Assembly (NCBI GenBank): GCA_027859125.1
Contig: JAQIBK010000264.1
Span: 1-51,953 of the forward strand
DNA length: 51,953 bases
Origin: Actinomycetota bacterium
Lineage (GTDB): Bacteria > Actinomycetota > Coriobacteriia > Anaerosomatales > UBA3086
Reading direction: 5' to 3'
The notes below the pieces were generated by a model. It searched no databases. It worked only from the letters and a program-made list of their open reading frames with translations, and was not told the origin of the DNA. This document shows positions 30,222 through 39,675 of the stretch, in pieces. Position 1 is the first letter of the stretch. Every line of letters starts with the position of its first letter. The position numbers were made by a program, and so were the translations under genes.

Positions 30222-31559
30222 CTATCCCATCCTCGGGCGGACACGGACACGACCACGGGCTAGCCCGACGGTCACATCTGCGATGGTCAGGAGCAACGCG
30301 GCACCGACAAAGAGTAGCGCGTGCGGATTATGCACACCGGCGTTGACGCCGTTGATCACGTAGCTGGCCATGGTCACCAACACCGGGATGAACCACCATA
30401 CGGTCCTGGACCGGCGTTGCAGGTAGCCAAAGATGCCGCCGAGCAGAAGCATCTGGCCGACAACACCCGGCACGCCCCAGTCGGCATATGGGGCACCCAA
30501 CAGAGTGGGAGCAAGACTCACCGAGCGCTCGATCACTTCCTCGCCGATCATGAAGTAACTTCGACCGCCCAAGTAGCTCCCCAGCTGGTAGTTGGCGTAG
30601 TCAGCGTCAATGCCGGGAATCGTGGCCAGGACGCTATCCCCGAGCAACTGCCCACCATACGTGCCCGTCGAGGGCGTGAGGTTCACGATCCTGTCCAAGT
30701 TGTAGGCGGTGCCGACACTGTCGGAGTACGTGAGCGCCAAAGCTAGCTGAGCTGTGGCTGACGGCCCGTAGATGCCCGACTTGGATATCGATCCGACGAT
30801 GCCCATTGCGAGCACGCCCAGTACCAGGAAGACCGCCGCCATCCGCCAGATGTTCCGCGGCTTTACCACGTAGACCACCGCAAGAAACCCGGAGACAACG
30901 AGCTTGGCTGGCAGGTTGCGCGCACCCAGCAGTCCCAACCCAAGAATGGACACGATGAACAACAATGCAGCCAGCGAACGCTTCCACGGTCCCTTGGCGT
31001 TCACAACCAGGGCCGGAACGAACAGTATCTGTGTGGCCGCGAGAAGAACGAGTACCGGGCTCTGCGCCCACCTGCTCGAGATGTTTGTGAGGCTGATGCC
31101 TCCAGAAGCGACCACCTGCAGCACGTTGGCAGCGAACCCGAACGCCCAGCCCAGGAGCGAAACTGAGAAACCGACGCCCATACGCTTGACCAGAGGGACT
31201 CGCTCGACGAAGGCTGTGAATCGCGCCACAAGCCCTTGTGGAGCTGCAGCGGCGAGCGTCTCATCGGCGGGGCGGAGTCGTGTGGCAAGAAGATCGCCGG
31301 CTATGAATCCGAACACGAGCACCACCAGGCCATACGAGTAGAGCAGCAGTGTTTGCGGCGTGGGGTGGAAGCCAATGATGCGTGTGCCCAGGTTCATGAG
31401 TTCCCAGTACACATACTCATAGATGCGCGAGTAGGTCAGCGCAAAATACGCAACGTAGACATAGATCAGCACCGAGAACGGCGAAAAGAGCCGTCGTGTG
31501 ATCGGCCAGCCGCCCTTCTCTGCAAGGGAGGGATCATATGTCTGCACGTCAGCGGACAT
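30222..31559 (-). CDS. polytopic membrane protein, Wzy-like oligosaccharide repeat-unit polymerase
   Basis: 445 aa with about 11-12 TM segments and a large loop. It sits between a glycosyltransferase and sugar-nucleotide genes. The assignment rests on topology and context, not on a motif. Confidence 0.55.
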   Translation of the reverse strand: MSADVQTYDPSLAEKGGWPITRRLFSPFSVLIYVYVAYFALTYSRIYEYVYWELMNLGTRIIGFHPTPQTLLLYSYGLVVLVFGFIAGDLLATRLRPADETLAAAAPQGLVARFTAFVERVPLVKRMGVGFSVSLLGWAFGFAANVLQVVASGGISLTNISSRWAQSPVLVLLAATQILFVPALVVNAKGPWKRSLAALLFIVSILGLGLLGARNLPAKLVVSGFLAVVYVVKPRNIWRMAAVFLVLGVLAMGIVGSISKSGIYGPSATAQLALALTYSDSVGTAYNLDRIVNLTPSTGTYGGQLLGDSVLATIPGIDADYANYQLGSYLGGRSYFMIGEEVIERSVSLAPTLLGAPYADWGVPGVVGQMLLLGGIFGYLQRRSRTVWWFIPVLVTMASYVINGVNAGVHNPHALLFVGAALLLTIADVTVGLARGRVRVRPRMG

Positions 31560-32043
31560 CCACGCTCACCACGGTGCCGCGAAGGTAGTACTCGCGGGAG
31601 ATCGCATTGAACGTCTGACCGGCCTGTACGACCGTGTTGCCGATCGTGACGATTCCCTCGCCCTCACGGCCGGTGGTCTTGAGCACGACATCGACCTGCA
31701 TGAGCGTGGGATCCTCACCGGTGTGGAGGTTGCCCTGCGCGTCGGGAACAGCCAGCAAGTAGGGGCCCGCCTTGACCGAGATGACCTCGCCGACGAGCAT
31801 GCCCGCCGGGTCGGTGAATACCGGATCGCCGACGGCGGGCGTGGCCGCGACCTCGGGTGCGAGCTCGATCGCCCGCACCGTGAGCAGCACCTGACGCTCC
31901 TGCTGAAGCTCGGCACCGATGCCCAGAAGCCCCAGCCCGAGTCCACCGATGACCACCAGAGCACCGAGTACGGTGAGCGCTATGAGTCGTTTGTCGCGCC
32001 CGGACGCCGTGTCGGTCATGCAGGTCCCCATCCTTCTCATCAA
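31549..32043 (-). CDS. membrane-anchored DUF4330-like protein (paralog B)
   Basis: 164 aa with an N-terminal TM segment LIALTVLGALVVIGGLGLGLL. Paralogous to the 29746-30216 product. The start is uncertain; there are four in-frame ATGs within the first 9 codons. Confidence 0.5.
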   Translation of the reverse strand: MMRRMGTCMTDTASGRDKRLIALTVLGALVVIGGLGLGLLGIGAELQQERQVLLTVRAIELAPEVAATPAVGDPVFTDPAGMLVGEVISVKAGPYLLAVPDAQGNLHTGEDPTLMQVDVVLKTTGREGEGIVTIGNTVVQAGQTFNAISREYYLRGTVVSVDVR

Positions 32044-32139
32044 TCATGCGAGAGGCCCGTACCGTACGGCACGGACCCCTTCACTGTACCTGTCGGCACG
32101 GCACACCCTCAACAGGCATGCCTCACCGTCATACTCCCG

Positions 32140-34539
32140 TTACAGACCGAGCGCCACTCTGACCTGCCCGCGAACGACATCCTCGACCGCACCTGAGCCG
32201 CCCACGAACGAAACGCCCGGGGGTGAATCGATCATGCTGTGCAGATAGTTCGCGACCGATGCAGAGTACTTGATGTCCGAACCATCGAGCAACACCAGCG
32301 GACGCGAGTTCTTGCCTGCAACCGGCGCGAGCGCCAGCGCATCGGGCCAGTTGCGACCTGTGGCGATGTAGATGTCACTCTCGGTGAAAGCACCCATGGC
32401 CAGCGAGTACTCGACGCAACGCAGACCTGTGTCGAAACGACTCGTTCCGTGCAGGCGCGTGTCCACACTTCGCATGTTGTTGTCGCTTATGCCGGCAACC
32501 CGGAAACCTGCCGCCTCGAGCTGGCCCTCGACCACTGTGCTCACAACGCCCGTACCGCCGACGAGAATCGTGTGCTCGATTCCCATCTCAACAAGGGCCG
32601 CTGTCGTGTCGCCGGGAATCGCGTTCTTCTGCACCAGCAGGATCGGGACTCCCATCTTGGCAGCAAGAGGGCTGGCGGCCAGCGCATCGGGATAGTTCTC
32701 TCCGCTGACAATGAAGGCTGTGTCGGCGAAGGCGCCGTCAACAGGTGCGCCGACCTCCTCGGCGATCGCACGCGCGGTGCCCCATCGACTCGAACCCGCG
32801 AGACGAGTCACGTTGAGCTCTGCCACGCCCATGGCCCGCAGCGTGCTCTCCGCCTGCGCGACCGTGGCCGAAGAGACCGCGACCTCGCCACCCACCACGT
32901 AGATGTTCGCTTCGGTCATTCCTGCGTACAGGCGCTGGAGCTCCGTCACGAGCGTGGATGTCAGACCTGTCGGCGGCACCAGCAGCACCGGTGCGTCGAG
33001 CTTGCCCGCCAGCGGTGCAGCGGCAAGCGCATCGGGATAGTTGGCGCCGGTCGCGAGAATCACCGCACGCTCTGAGGATATCCCGTTGGGCCAGCCCTTC
33101 TTGGAGAGCTCGATACCGGTGTCGTAGCGCGATGTGCCGGCGATCTGCTCGTGCGACGTGGCGGGTGAGAGCGACCCACCGATCACGGTCTGTTCTCCGT
33201 AGCCACCCTGGATCATGGAGGTGCCGGTTGAGTACATGTACATGTTGCGGACCGCGGTGACGGTGCCTCCGCGGAAGTAGTCGTAATACTGGTAGCTCAT
33301 CTTGACCGTCCACGTGCCGGACATATGACTGGTGCCGATCGTGGGCTGCCAGCTCGCATGAACGTACTCGCCACCCGGAGGCAGAGGACAGAGATTGTTG
33401 TAGGCCTGGCCGGAGTAGACCCGCGCGCCGGCAGGGTTGTAGACATCGACATTCAACGCCCCACGCAGCGAGATGTTGCCTCCGTTGACCACGGACTCGT
33501 TGACCCAGAGCTGACCGCGCGTGAACCACCCCTTGGCCGTCAGTACGGGGGCTTTGTTGACGTACGCCATCTCACTGGAATCCCCGGCCCAACGAACCGA
33601 GTTCACCAAGAGGCGCTGAGCTTGGTTGCGAGTGGGAACGTCCGAGTAGTACTCGAGTTCTCGGCACAGGTCGTGCAGCTGGAACCCGTAGTACACGAAG
33701 CGACCGAAGTAGTACTCCGATGTCCAGCCGGCCATCAAGCCGTTGTCGACGTCATCGCGTGTCTCTGTGTTGCCCAGAGTGCTGTAGGTGAGCAACGGAG
33801 TGAGATTTCCCGCACCGTTCATGGAGTAGACGGTCTCATTGTAGTCGGAGACCTTGGCCGTCATCGAAATAGAACTCACACCGACGTCAGCCGCTGTCTG
33901 ACTCAGAATCCAGTGGTCACCGAGAGGCTTGCCCTGTAGCTTGTATCCGCCACCCATGATGTCGTCGTTCTTGAACTTCACGTTGTACAGCTCAGAGATC
34001 TGGCCCCACTCCCAAGGCTTCAGTGCATCCGAACTGGGCTGCCAGGTGTAGAGCCCGGGATTCGCTGCGTTCTGACCCAAGAAGGGCTTGTAACCATAGG
34101 CGTATGAGGAATCGTACGCCCATCGTGACAGACCGAACGTCCCGACGACACCGCCGCCCTCCGCCACATATGCGAGCATGGTGTCGCGCTCGATGTTCGT
34201 GAGAGCGAGTGTCCGGGGAAACACGACGACGTCGTAGTTCTTCATGAGAGAGAGGCTCGAGAGCTCCGTGTCACCGATCTTGGTTACGCTCGAGAACTCC
34301 TTTGAGTCTGTCAGCACTTGGATAACGGCGTCCACGCGCGAGTCATACTGCGCGTTGGTCCCATTGCCGCCATTGAGATAGGCGCCATTCAAGTAGCTGC
34401 GCGTACCATATGCGACCGTACTGCGGACGACGGCAACCTTCAGGCCGGGTGCCGTGACAGCGACCGCGCCGGGCGGAGCGATCAGAAGTGCCGGCAACAC
34501 TAGGACCGTGCTCAGGAGAACAGATAGTACTCTACGCAT
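32140..34539 (-). CDS. secreted protein with a large uncharacterised N-terminal domain and three C-terminal CWB2 repeats
   Basis: Signal peptide MRRVLSVLLSTVLVLPALLIAPPGAVA. Three CWB2 units (GTSRYDTGIELSKKGW..ATGANYPDALAAAPLAGKLDAPVLLV and similar). Start placed at ATG 34539 (AGAGGG upstream); the ORF-track GTG is at 34548. Confidence 0.8.
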   Translation of the reverse strand: MRRVLSVLLSTVLVLPALLIAPPGAVAVTAPGLKVAVVRSTVAYGTRSYLNGAYLNGGNGTNAQYDSRVDAVIQVLTDSKEFSSVTKIGDTELSSLSLMKNYDVVVFPRTLALTNIERDTMLAYVAEGGGVVGTFGLSRWAYDSSYAYGYKPFLGQNAANPGLYTWQPSSDALKPWEWGQISELYNVKFKNDDIMGGGYKLQGKPLGDHWILSQTAADVGVSSISMTAKVSDYNETVYSMNGAGNLTPLLTYSTLGNTETRDDVDNGLMAGWTSEYYFGRFVYYGFQLHDLCRELEYYSDVPTRNQAQRLLVNSVRWAGDSSEMAYVNKAPVLTAKGWFTRGQLWVNESVVNGGNISLRGALNVDVYNPAGARVYSGQAYNNLCPLPPGGEYVHASWQPTIGTSHMSGTWTVKMSYQYYDYFRGGTVTAVRNMYMYSTGTSMIQGGYGEQTVIGGSLSPATSHEQIAGTSRYDTGIELSKKGWPNGISSERAVILATGANYPDALAAAPLAGKLDAPVLLVPPTGLTSTLVTELQRLYAGMTEANIYVVGGEVAVSSATVAQAESTLRAMGVAELNVTRLAGSSRWGTARAIAEEVGAPVDGAFADTAFIVSGENYPDALAASPLAAKMGVPILLVQKNAIPGDTTAALVEMGIEHTILVGGTGVVSTVVEGQLEAAGFRVAGISDNNMRSVDTRLHGTSRFDTGLRCVEYSLAMGAFTESDIYIATGRNWPDALALAPVAGKNSRPLVLLDGSDIKYSASVANYLHSMIDSPPGVSFVGGSGAVEDVVRGQVRVALGL

Positions 34540-34697
34540 TGGACACACCCTCTGGTGTTGATTGCGGCATCGATACGTTGCGGGGATGAACGTCCCAACA
34601 GAAGTATCGGCTCATATGCAGGAGTGATTGAGATGTCGGAGTGAGCGGTATCACGCTTGCCGGCCCAGTTCGGATACATACCCGACGAGCGGCATCG

Positions 34698-37007
34698 CTA
34701 TCGAACGGCCTCGATGGTGAGTTGGACTTGCGATGAGATCGCGTTCACTCCGCCCAGAAGTAACCGATCGATGACCGCACTCTTGTGCGAGGTGAGACAG
34801 GATAACGTCTGCGGCGGCACACTGGCCGCGCGAACAAAGAGCATCGGGGCCATGTCTCCACCCACGAGCGGACCTCCCGAAAGCGCATCGACGAGGGTCT
34901 CACCAGACACGAAGTACAGGTTCGACCAAACGAAGCCCTCAGAGCTGGTCAGATACTCGGCGAGCTTGGCCGACGTGTCGTAGCGGTCGCTTCCAGCCGC
35001 GATTCGCACAGCAGTGATCCCCAGCTGTGTGATCGCCGCATCTGACACGACCAGCTGACCACCGACTACGAGCGCACGTGAAGCGCCGAGCGACGCGACG
35101 GCACCGAGTGATGCCGACGGCACCTCGCTGGCGCGGGTCAGAACGATAGGAACCCTGCTCGCGTATGCAAAACCCGCCGCAGCCACTGCGTCGGCGTACT
35201 TCTCGCCGTTCACGAACAGAACACGTCCGTCGAAGTCATCGCCCAGCAGAGTGCCCACCTCGCCCGCCACAGCCGCAGCCGTGTCGTAGCGTGTGGTCCC
35301 GGAAACGCGTACCACGCTGGATGTCGGTGCTGCGCTCAGCTGCGGCATGGAACGAAGCGTGTCGAGTACACCATTGGCGACCACGTTCTGACCGCCAACG
35401 ACGTAGACCTTGGACGCACCGAGCCGCTCGATCTCCTGCTTGGCTCCCGCGTTGAGCGAGTCGGCGCCCGTTAGCAGCACCGGTGCACCCCCGGGGACAG
35501 AGCCTGCAAGAGTGGCAGCCGTGAGCGCGTCGGCAAATGCCGTTCCGTTCACCAACACCACACATTCCGCCGAGGAGAACGCACGCCTGCTTATCTCCAC
35601 GGACGTGTCATAGCGGCTCTCACCCTCGATTCGAACCGAGCCACCTGTTATCTCGAAGAAGGTGTCACGCAGGCCGAGCTTGGAGCGGAATGTACTGCCG
35701 CTGACGATGCTCTCCGACCCATCGGCTCCATAGAACTTGACCGACTTGGCGCGGCCAGAGACGCCACGCTCGATAATGCGCACTGCCACGATATCGTCGG
35801 GTACGAGCGTGCCGAACCTGGCCTTGAGTTCCGCGGCTGTGTACGTGAGATTCTCCGGCCACGCAAAGGTGTACGGTGAACCGGAATCCCACTCATACTC
35901 ATCCACCACTCCCTGGTAGTAGGGTTGTGGTGGGGAGGAGTACCAGATGTTCTCTATGTTCTCTGTGTGCCCACCGGACGTGGAAAAGAAGAAGGTCGGG
36001 ATGGTCTTCCCTGCGTACGTCACCGTCTGGAGCTTGGTGGCATCGACCTCGGGATCGGAGAGCCAATCGCCCTGAGTACCAGGGCGGTAGGGATCATCAC
36101 CGTGTCGAATACGCGTGTTGTATTCGACGTAGTCGAACTTGCCCCACCCGTTGTATACCTGGTAGTAGGTGTTACACAGCACATCGTACCCGTCGGCGCC
36201 CGCAGCCTTGCCGATACCACCGGCTACGGCATACGAGCGGGCAGCTAGAGACTGCGCTTTGACCGCCTCTGTCTCCCACGATGCGCCCATCTCGCGCGGG
36301 GTCACGCCTTTGACGTAGTCCTCGAGATAGACGTGGTTGTAGAGCTTCCAGCCGTCCAGATTCGAAGTCGAGCGGTTGAGCACCATCGCTCCGCGATAGA
36401 GCAGATTCTTTGTCTGGAACGGCCCCGTCCGTTGATTGACCTCAACCAGCCCCGCGAAGCGAGGCTCCGTCGTGTCACGCTCCCACGCGCTCACCCAGTC
36501 GATGCCGGGAGCGAACGTGTAGTCGACAACCAAATTGCCCGACGTACTCTCATGGCGGATCTGCAGTGCATCATTGGCCGAGTTCACGCTGCAGAAGGTG
36601 TACATGATCCCCTGCTGGAGTTTAACGTAGTTGTCGCCTGTACGGCCTTGGTAGTCGACCCACAGCGGCGCATCGCTGGCGCGGAAGCTCCAGTAGTTCT
36701 CGACCTGCTCGACCTTGGTTCCTCCCGAGGTGGCGATGGCGACCTTAACCGTGGGTTCGGAGCCCAGCGTGCCCAGAGTCGTGCCCGTGTAGTAGTGCTT
36801 CAGGATGTTGTCGTAGGTGAAGCCGTGCCGCGCATAACCCCGCGCGCCGTACTGGCTCATCCCTATGCCGTGGCCCCAGCCCTTACCGGTAACTTTGAAT
36901 ACCTGATCAGCCGCGAAAGCAGAAGTCGGCAGAACGAGCGCGAGCCCCAGGACAAGGGTCGCGACCGGCACTAGGCTACGTTTGATGCTGCGAATCGGCC
37001 GGAACAT
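34698..37007 (-). CDS. SpoIID/LytB-domain protein fused to three CWB2 repeats
   Basis: 769 aa. Signal peptide, then GKGWGHGIGMSQYGARGYA, CNTYYQVY and FFSTSGGHTENIENIW (SpoIID amidase-enhancer fold), then three CWB2 units (GESRYDTSVEISRRAF..., GTTRYDTAAAVAGEVG..., GSDRYDTSAKLAEYL...). Confidence 0.85.
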   Translation of the reverse strand: MFRPIRSIKRSLVPVATLVLGLALVLPTSAFAADQVFKVTGKGWGHGIGMSQYGARGYARHGFTYDNILKHYYTGTTLGTLGSEPTVKVAIATSGGTKVEQVENYWSFRASDAPLWVDYQGRTGDNYVKLQQGIMYTFCSVNSANDALQIRHESTSGNLVVDYTFAPGIDWVSAWERDTTEPRFAGLVEVNQRTGPFQTKNLLYRGAMVLNRSTSNLDGWKLYNHVYLEDYVKGVTPREMGASWETEAVKAQSLAARSYAVAGGIGKAAGADGYDVLCNTYYQVYNGWGKFDYVEYNTRIRHGDDPYRPGTQGDWLSDPEVDATKLQTVTYAGKTIPTFFFSTSGGHTENIENIWYSSPPQPYYQGVVDEYEWDSGSPYTFAWPENLTYTAAELKARFGTLVPDDIVAVRIIERGVSGRAKSVKFYGADGSESIVSGSTFRSKLGLRDTFFEITGGSVRIEGESRYDTSVEISRRAFSSAECVVLVNGTAFADALTAATLAGSVPGGAPVLLTGADSLNAGAKQEIERLGASKVYVVGGQNVVANGVLDTLRSMPQLSAAPTSSVVRVSGTTRYDTAAAVAGEVGTLLGDDFDGRVLFVNGEKYADAVAAAGFAYASRVPIVLTRASEVPSASLGAVASLGASRALVVGGQLVVSDAAITQLGITAVRIAAGSDRYDTSAKLAEYLTSSEGFVWSNLYFVSGETLVDALSGGPLVGGDMAPMLFVRAASVPPQTLSCLTSHKSAVIDRLLLGGVNAISSQVQLTIEAVR

Positions 37008-37173
37008 GGTTCACCTCTCTGGCGCCGCAAGGAGTACCTGGAAATGGGCGGCGTTTTGGTTCGTTCGTATGGTAGACCCGTCGGACGATTCGTGAAAGCG
37101 CTGAATGACACGCGTCACAGAACCGTTACGCCCAAAGCTCATCGTTCTCCTCGGGCATGCTTGGGACAACCGA

Positions 37174-38622
37174 TCAGTTCGTCTCGACCGGACCCCAGTC
37201 CTTGCCTACAACAACCAGTACGTCGGTACTGAACACGTACATGCCGCGCGACGAGATCACATCTCCCATACCGAGCGATTCACGTACCAAGTCAGCTGCT
37301 TCCACATTGCCGTCGTGCACTATCAGAGTACGGTCGTACACGAATTGATTCGCATTCCCCACGTCTCCCAGAGTGAAGCCGCCAGCCTCTATCTTGGATG
37401 ATGCGTCACCCGCCACGCCAGCAAGGCCAGCGCCGTTGCGCACGTCCACGGTGATGTCAGAAGGATCGATCTCAGGCACTTCGGTGGGCCCGGCGATTGC
37501 CGTGAGCCCCTTCTCCATGCGCTCGATCATCTCAGCCAGTGCGTCCTCGTCGGGAACTACGTAGGACACCCCTCCTATGTACTGAGGCGTACCAGGCATG
37601 GTGACAGTCTCAAGAGCACCGTCACTCATACCCTTCATCGAGTTGGCGAGTGCAAGCAGCTCGGTCAGCGTCATATCCGTGGTGACGTTGGATACGGTTG
37701 CCTCGACGAGGCTATTGATCCTGAACACACTTGAAAGCTGGAGCGCCTCACGCAACAACGACTTGATGAATATCTGCTGATTGCGAATGCGCGCTATATC
37801 GCCTTCAGGAAAGTTGCGTGAGCGCACGAAGGTCAGTGCCTGACCGCCGTTGAGCACTTGCTGGCCCTCGTAGATCTTGTAGACATCAGGATCGTAGTCA
37901 CCGGCCTTTGGGTCGATGATCGTCTGCGGAACGTCGATGGTGACGCCGCCCAGAGCGTCCACTAGTTCGCGGAAGCCGTTGAAATCCATCTCGATATAGT
38001 GGCTTATGGGCAGGCCAGTGAACTCAGTGACCGTCTCAATGACCAGCGATGGACCGCCCCTGAACGCCGCAGCGTTGATCTTGGTCGTGCCGTACCCGGG
38101 GACTTCGACTCGGCTGTCGCGTGGAATGGACAGCAATGTTGCGGTCTGCTGCTGCGGGTCGATCCTGGCCACGATCAGGGTGTCGGAACGTGCCGCAGTC
38201 TCACCCTCACGGTTGTCGGTACCCATGATGATCATATTGAAGGGGTCTCCCCCTTTGACTTGCTGCTCGTCGAGTATCTGTCCCACCTCGGGGTCAACAT
38301 CCCGCATACCATCCTTGAGGCGCGCATCGATTCTCTGCAGATACAAGAAACCAGCGATAGCGCCCAAGACCAGAAGGGCCGCTATCGATGCCAAGGAGAT
38401 GAGCAGAATGCGCCGACGACGCTCATGCTTGCGCTTGGTCGCCTTGTAATCGGGCTGCTGTTTGCGAGCCTCGTGCTGCTCGGGAGTCTCCCGGGATTCC
38501 GTGTTGGGGTCGAGACGCTCGATATCCCGTGGGATCGTCGAACGCCGTCGGCCTGTACTGCTGGCCGGTTGACCCGAGTTACGGTTCCCCCGGCGACCAC
38601 CTGATGATGAATGCTTGCCCAT
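37174..38622 (-). CDS. LCP (LytR-CpsA-Psr) family glycopolymer transferase with a LytR_C domain
   Basis: 482 aa. Basic cytoplasmic tail, one TM segment, then FNMIIMGTDNREGE..RSDTLIVARIDP..LLSIPRDSRVEVPGYGTTKINAA..., then a C-terminal VDVRNGAGLAGVAG domain. Confidence 0.9.
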   Translation of the reverse strand: MGKHSSSGGRRGNRNSGQPASSTGRRRSTIPRDIERLDPNTESRETPEQHEARKQQPDYKATKRKHERRRRILLISLASIAALLVLGAIAGFLYLQRIDARLKDGMRDVDPEVGQILDEQQVKGGDPFNMIIMGTDNREGETAARSDTLIVARIDPQQQTATLLSIPRDSRVEVPGYGTTKINAAAFRGGPSLVIETVTEFTGLPISHYIEMDFNGFRELVDALGGVTIDVPQTIIDPKAGDYDPDVYKIYEGQQVLNGGQALTFVRSRNFPEGDIARIRNQQIFIKSLLREALQLSSVFRINSLVEATVSNVTTDMTLTELLALANSMKGMSDGALETVTMPGTPQYIGGVSYVVPDEDALAEMIERMEKGLTAIAGPTEVPEIDPSDITVDVRNGAGLAGVAGDASSKIEAGGFTLGDVGNANQFVYDRTLIVHDGNVEAADLVRESLGMGDVISSRGMYVFSTDVLVVVGKDWGPVETN

Positions 38623-38637
38623 CCGTCCCGTCCTGCT

Positions 38638-39675
38638 CTACGCGATCCGTGCCACGGCCGCGATCTTGTCCACCAGAAGTCCTACATCTCGCCGAACCTG
38701 CTCAAAGCCGACGGGTTTTCTCTCAAGCCGCAGATCGTTCGCGGATTCGAGATTGGTCAATCGCCCTTGGGCGATGAGCTGCTTGTCGACCGCACCCATT
38801 ACGCCATGGAACACCGTGTACGCCGGCGTTCCGAGTGCAACTGCCTCACGATTCAGGGTGCCACCGCCTGACACCACCACGTCCGCGTAGTATACGAGGC
38901 TCTGCGCATCAACAACACCGTTCGGCACCAAAAGGTTACTCGCTCCCACGGCTTCGATTCCGGCTCGCTGATCGACAGTGCGCGGCAGCACTATGGCTTG
39001 GACGTCATCGCGTGCCGCAACGGTTCGCATCACATCGTCAAAGACCGGGTTGTCCATTCGGTGGTACGCGGCCTGGCTCGGCGGAGTGCGCAGAATAACA
39101 AGGATCTTGTCAGGATCGATGCCGAGCTGCTCGATGACTCCCTCATCGGGCTTGAAATCGGCTAGGTAGTACTCCTCTTTGAGACCCGGGTACGTGTCCA
39201 CCTTGTCCGGCGTGCCTCCGTAGGAAGCCAGTGTCTCAACAGGAATCGCGTCGGGCACCAGCACCTTCTGTGAGAACCGGATATTGATGTGATGGGAAAG
39301 CTTGGCGAACTCGTAGTCGAACATGGTCACGTGCGGGATTCCCAGCATTCGAGCAGCAACGGGAAGATCGTTGCTGGCGTGCGACATCGCCAGATCAAAG
39401 TGCTTCCCCACACCGAACCGGATCATGGCGCTGGTGCGCGAAGCCATACCAACGGCCTTCGCGGCGAGATTCTTGCCTCTGTGACGGCCGATCACCGTAT
39501 GCGCTATGTCAAAGCGATCCAGTAGAGGCAGTGTCTGAGCGAACTCGCGCGCGGTGACCACGACTTCCCAATCGCGGACACGGAACTCGTCAATGATGGG
39601 TCGCAACACGAGAACGTGCGGCGAATTGGTCATGTCTATCCAGAGTCGTCTGGGTCGAGTTGACCCGGATGTCAC
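38638..39675 (-). CDS. DUF354-family GT-B-fold protein (putative glycosyltransferase-like)
   Basis: 345 aa. The N-terminal LWIDMTNSPHVLVLRPIIDEF matches my recollection of the DUF354 signature. C-terminal VVSGGGTLNREAVALGTPAYTV. GTG start overlaps the epimerase TGA (GTGA). Confidence 0.55.
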   Translation of the reverse strand: MTSGSTRPRRLWIDMTNSPHVLVLRPIIDEFRVRDWEVVVTAREFAQTLPLLDRFDIAHTVIGRHRGKNLAAKAVGMASRTSAMIRFGVGKHFDLAMSHASNDLPVAARMLGIPHVTMFDYEFAKLSHHINIRFSQKVLVPDAIPVETLASYGGTPDKVDTYPGLKEEYYLADFKPDEGVIEQLGIDPDKILVILRTPPSQAAYHRMDNPVFDDVMRTVAARDDVQAIVLPRTVDQRAGIEAVGASNLLVPNGVVDAQSLVYYADVVVSGGGTLNREAVALGTPAYTVFHGVMGAVDKQLIAQGRLTNLESANDLRLERKPVGFEQVRRDVGLLVDKIAAVARIA

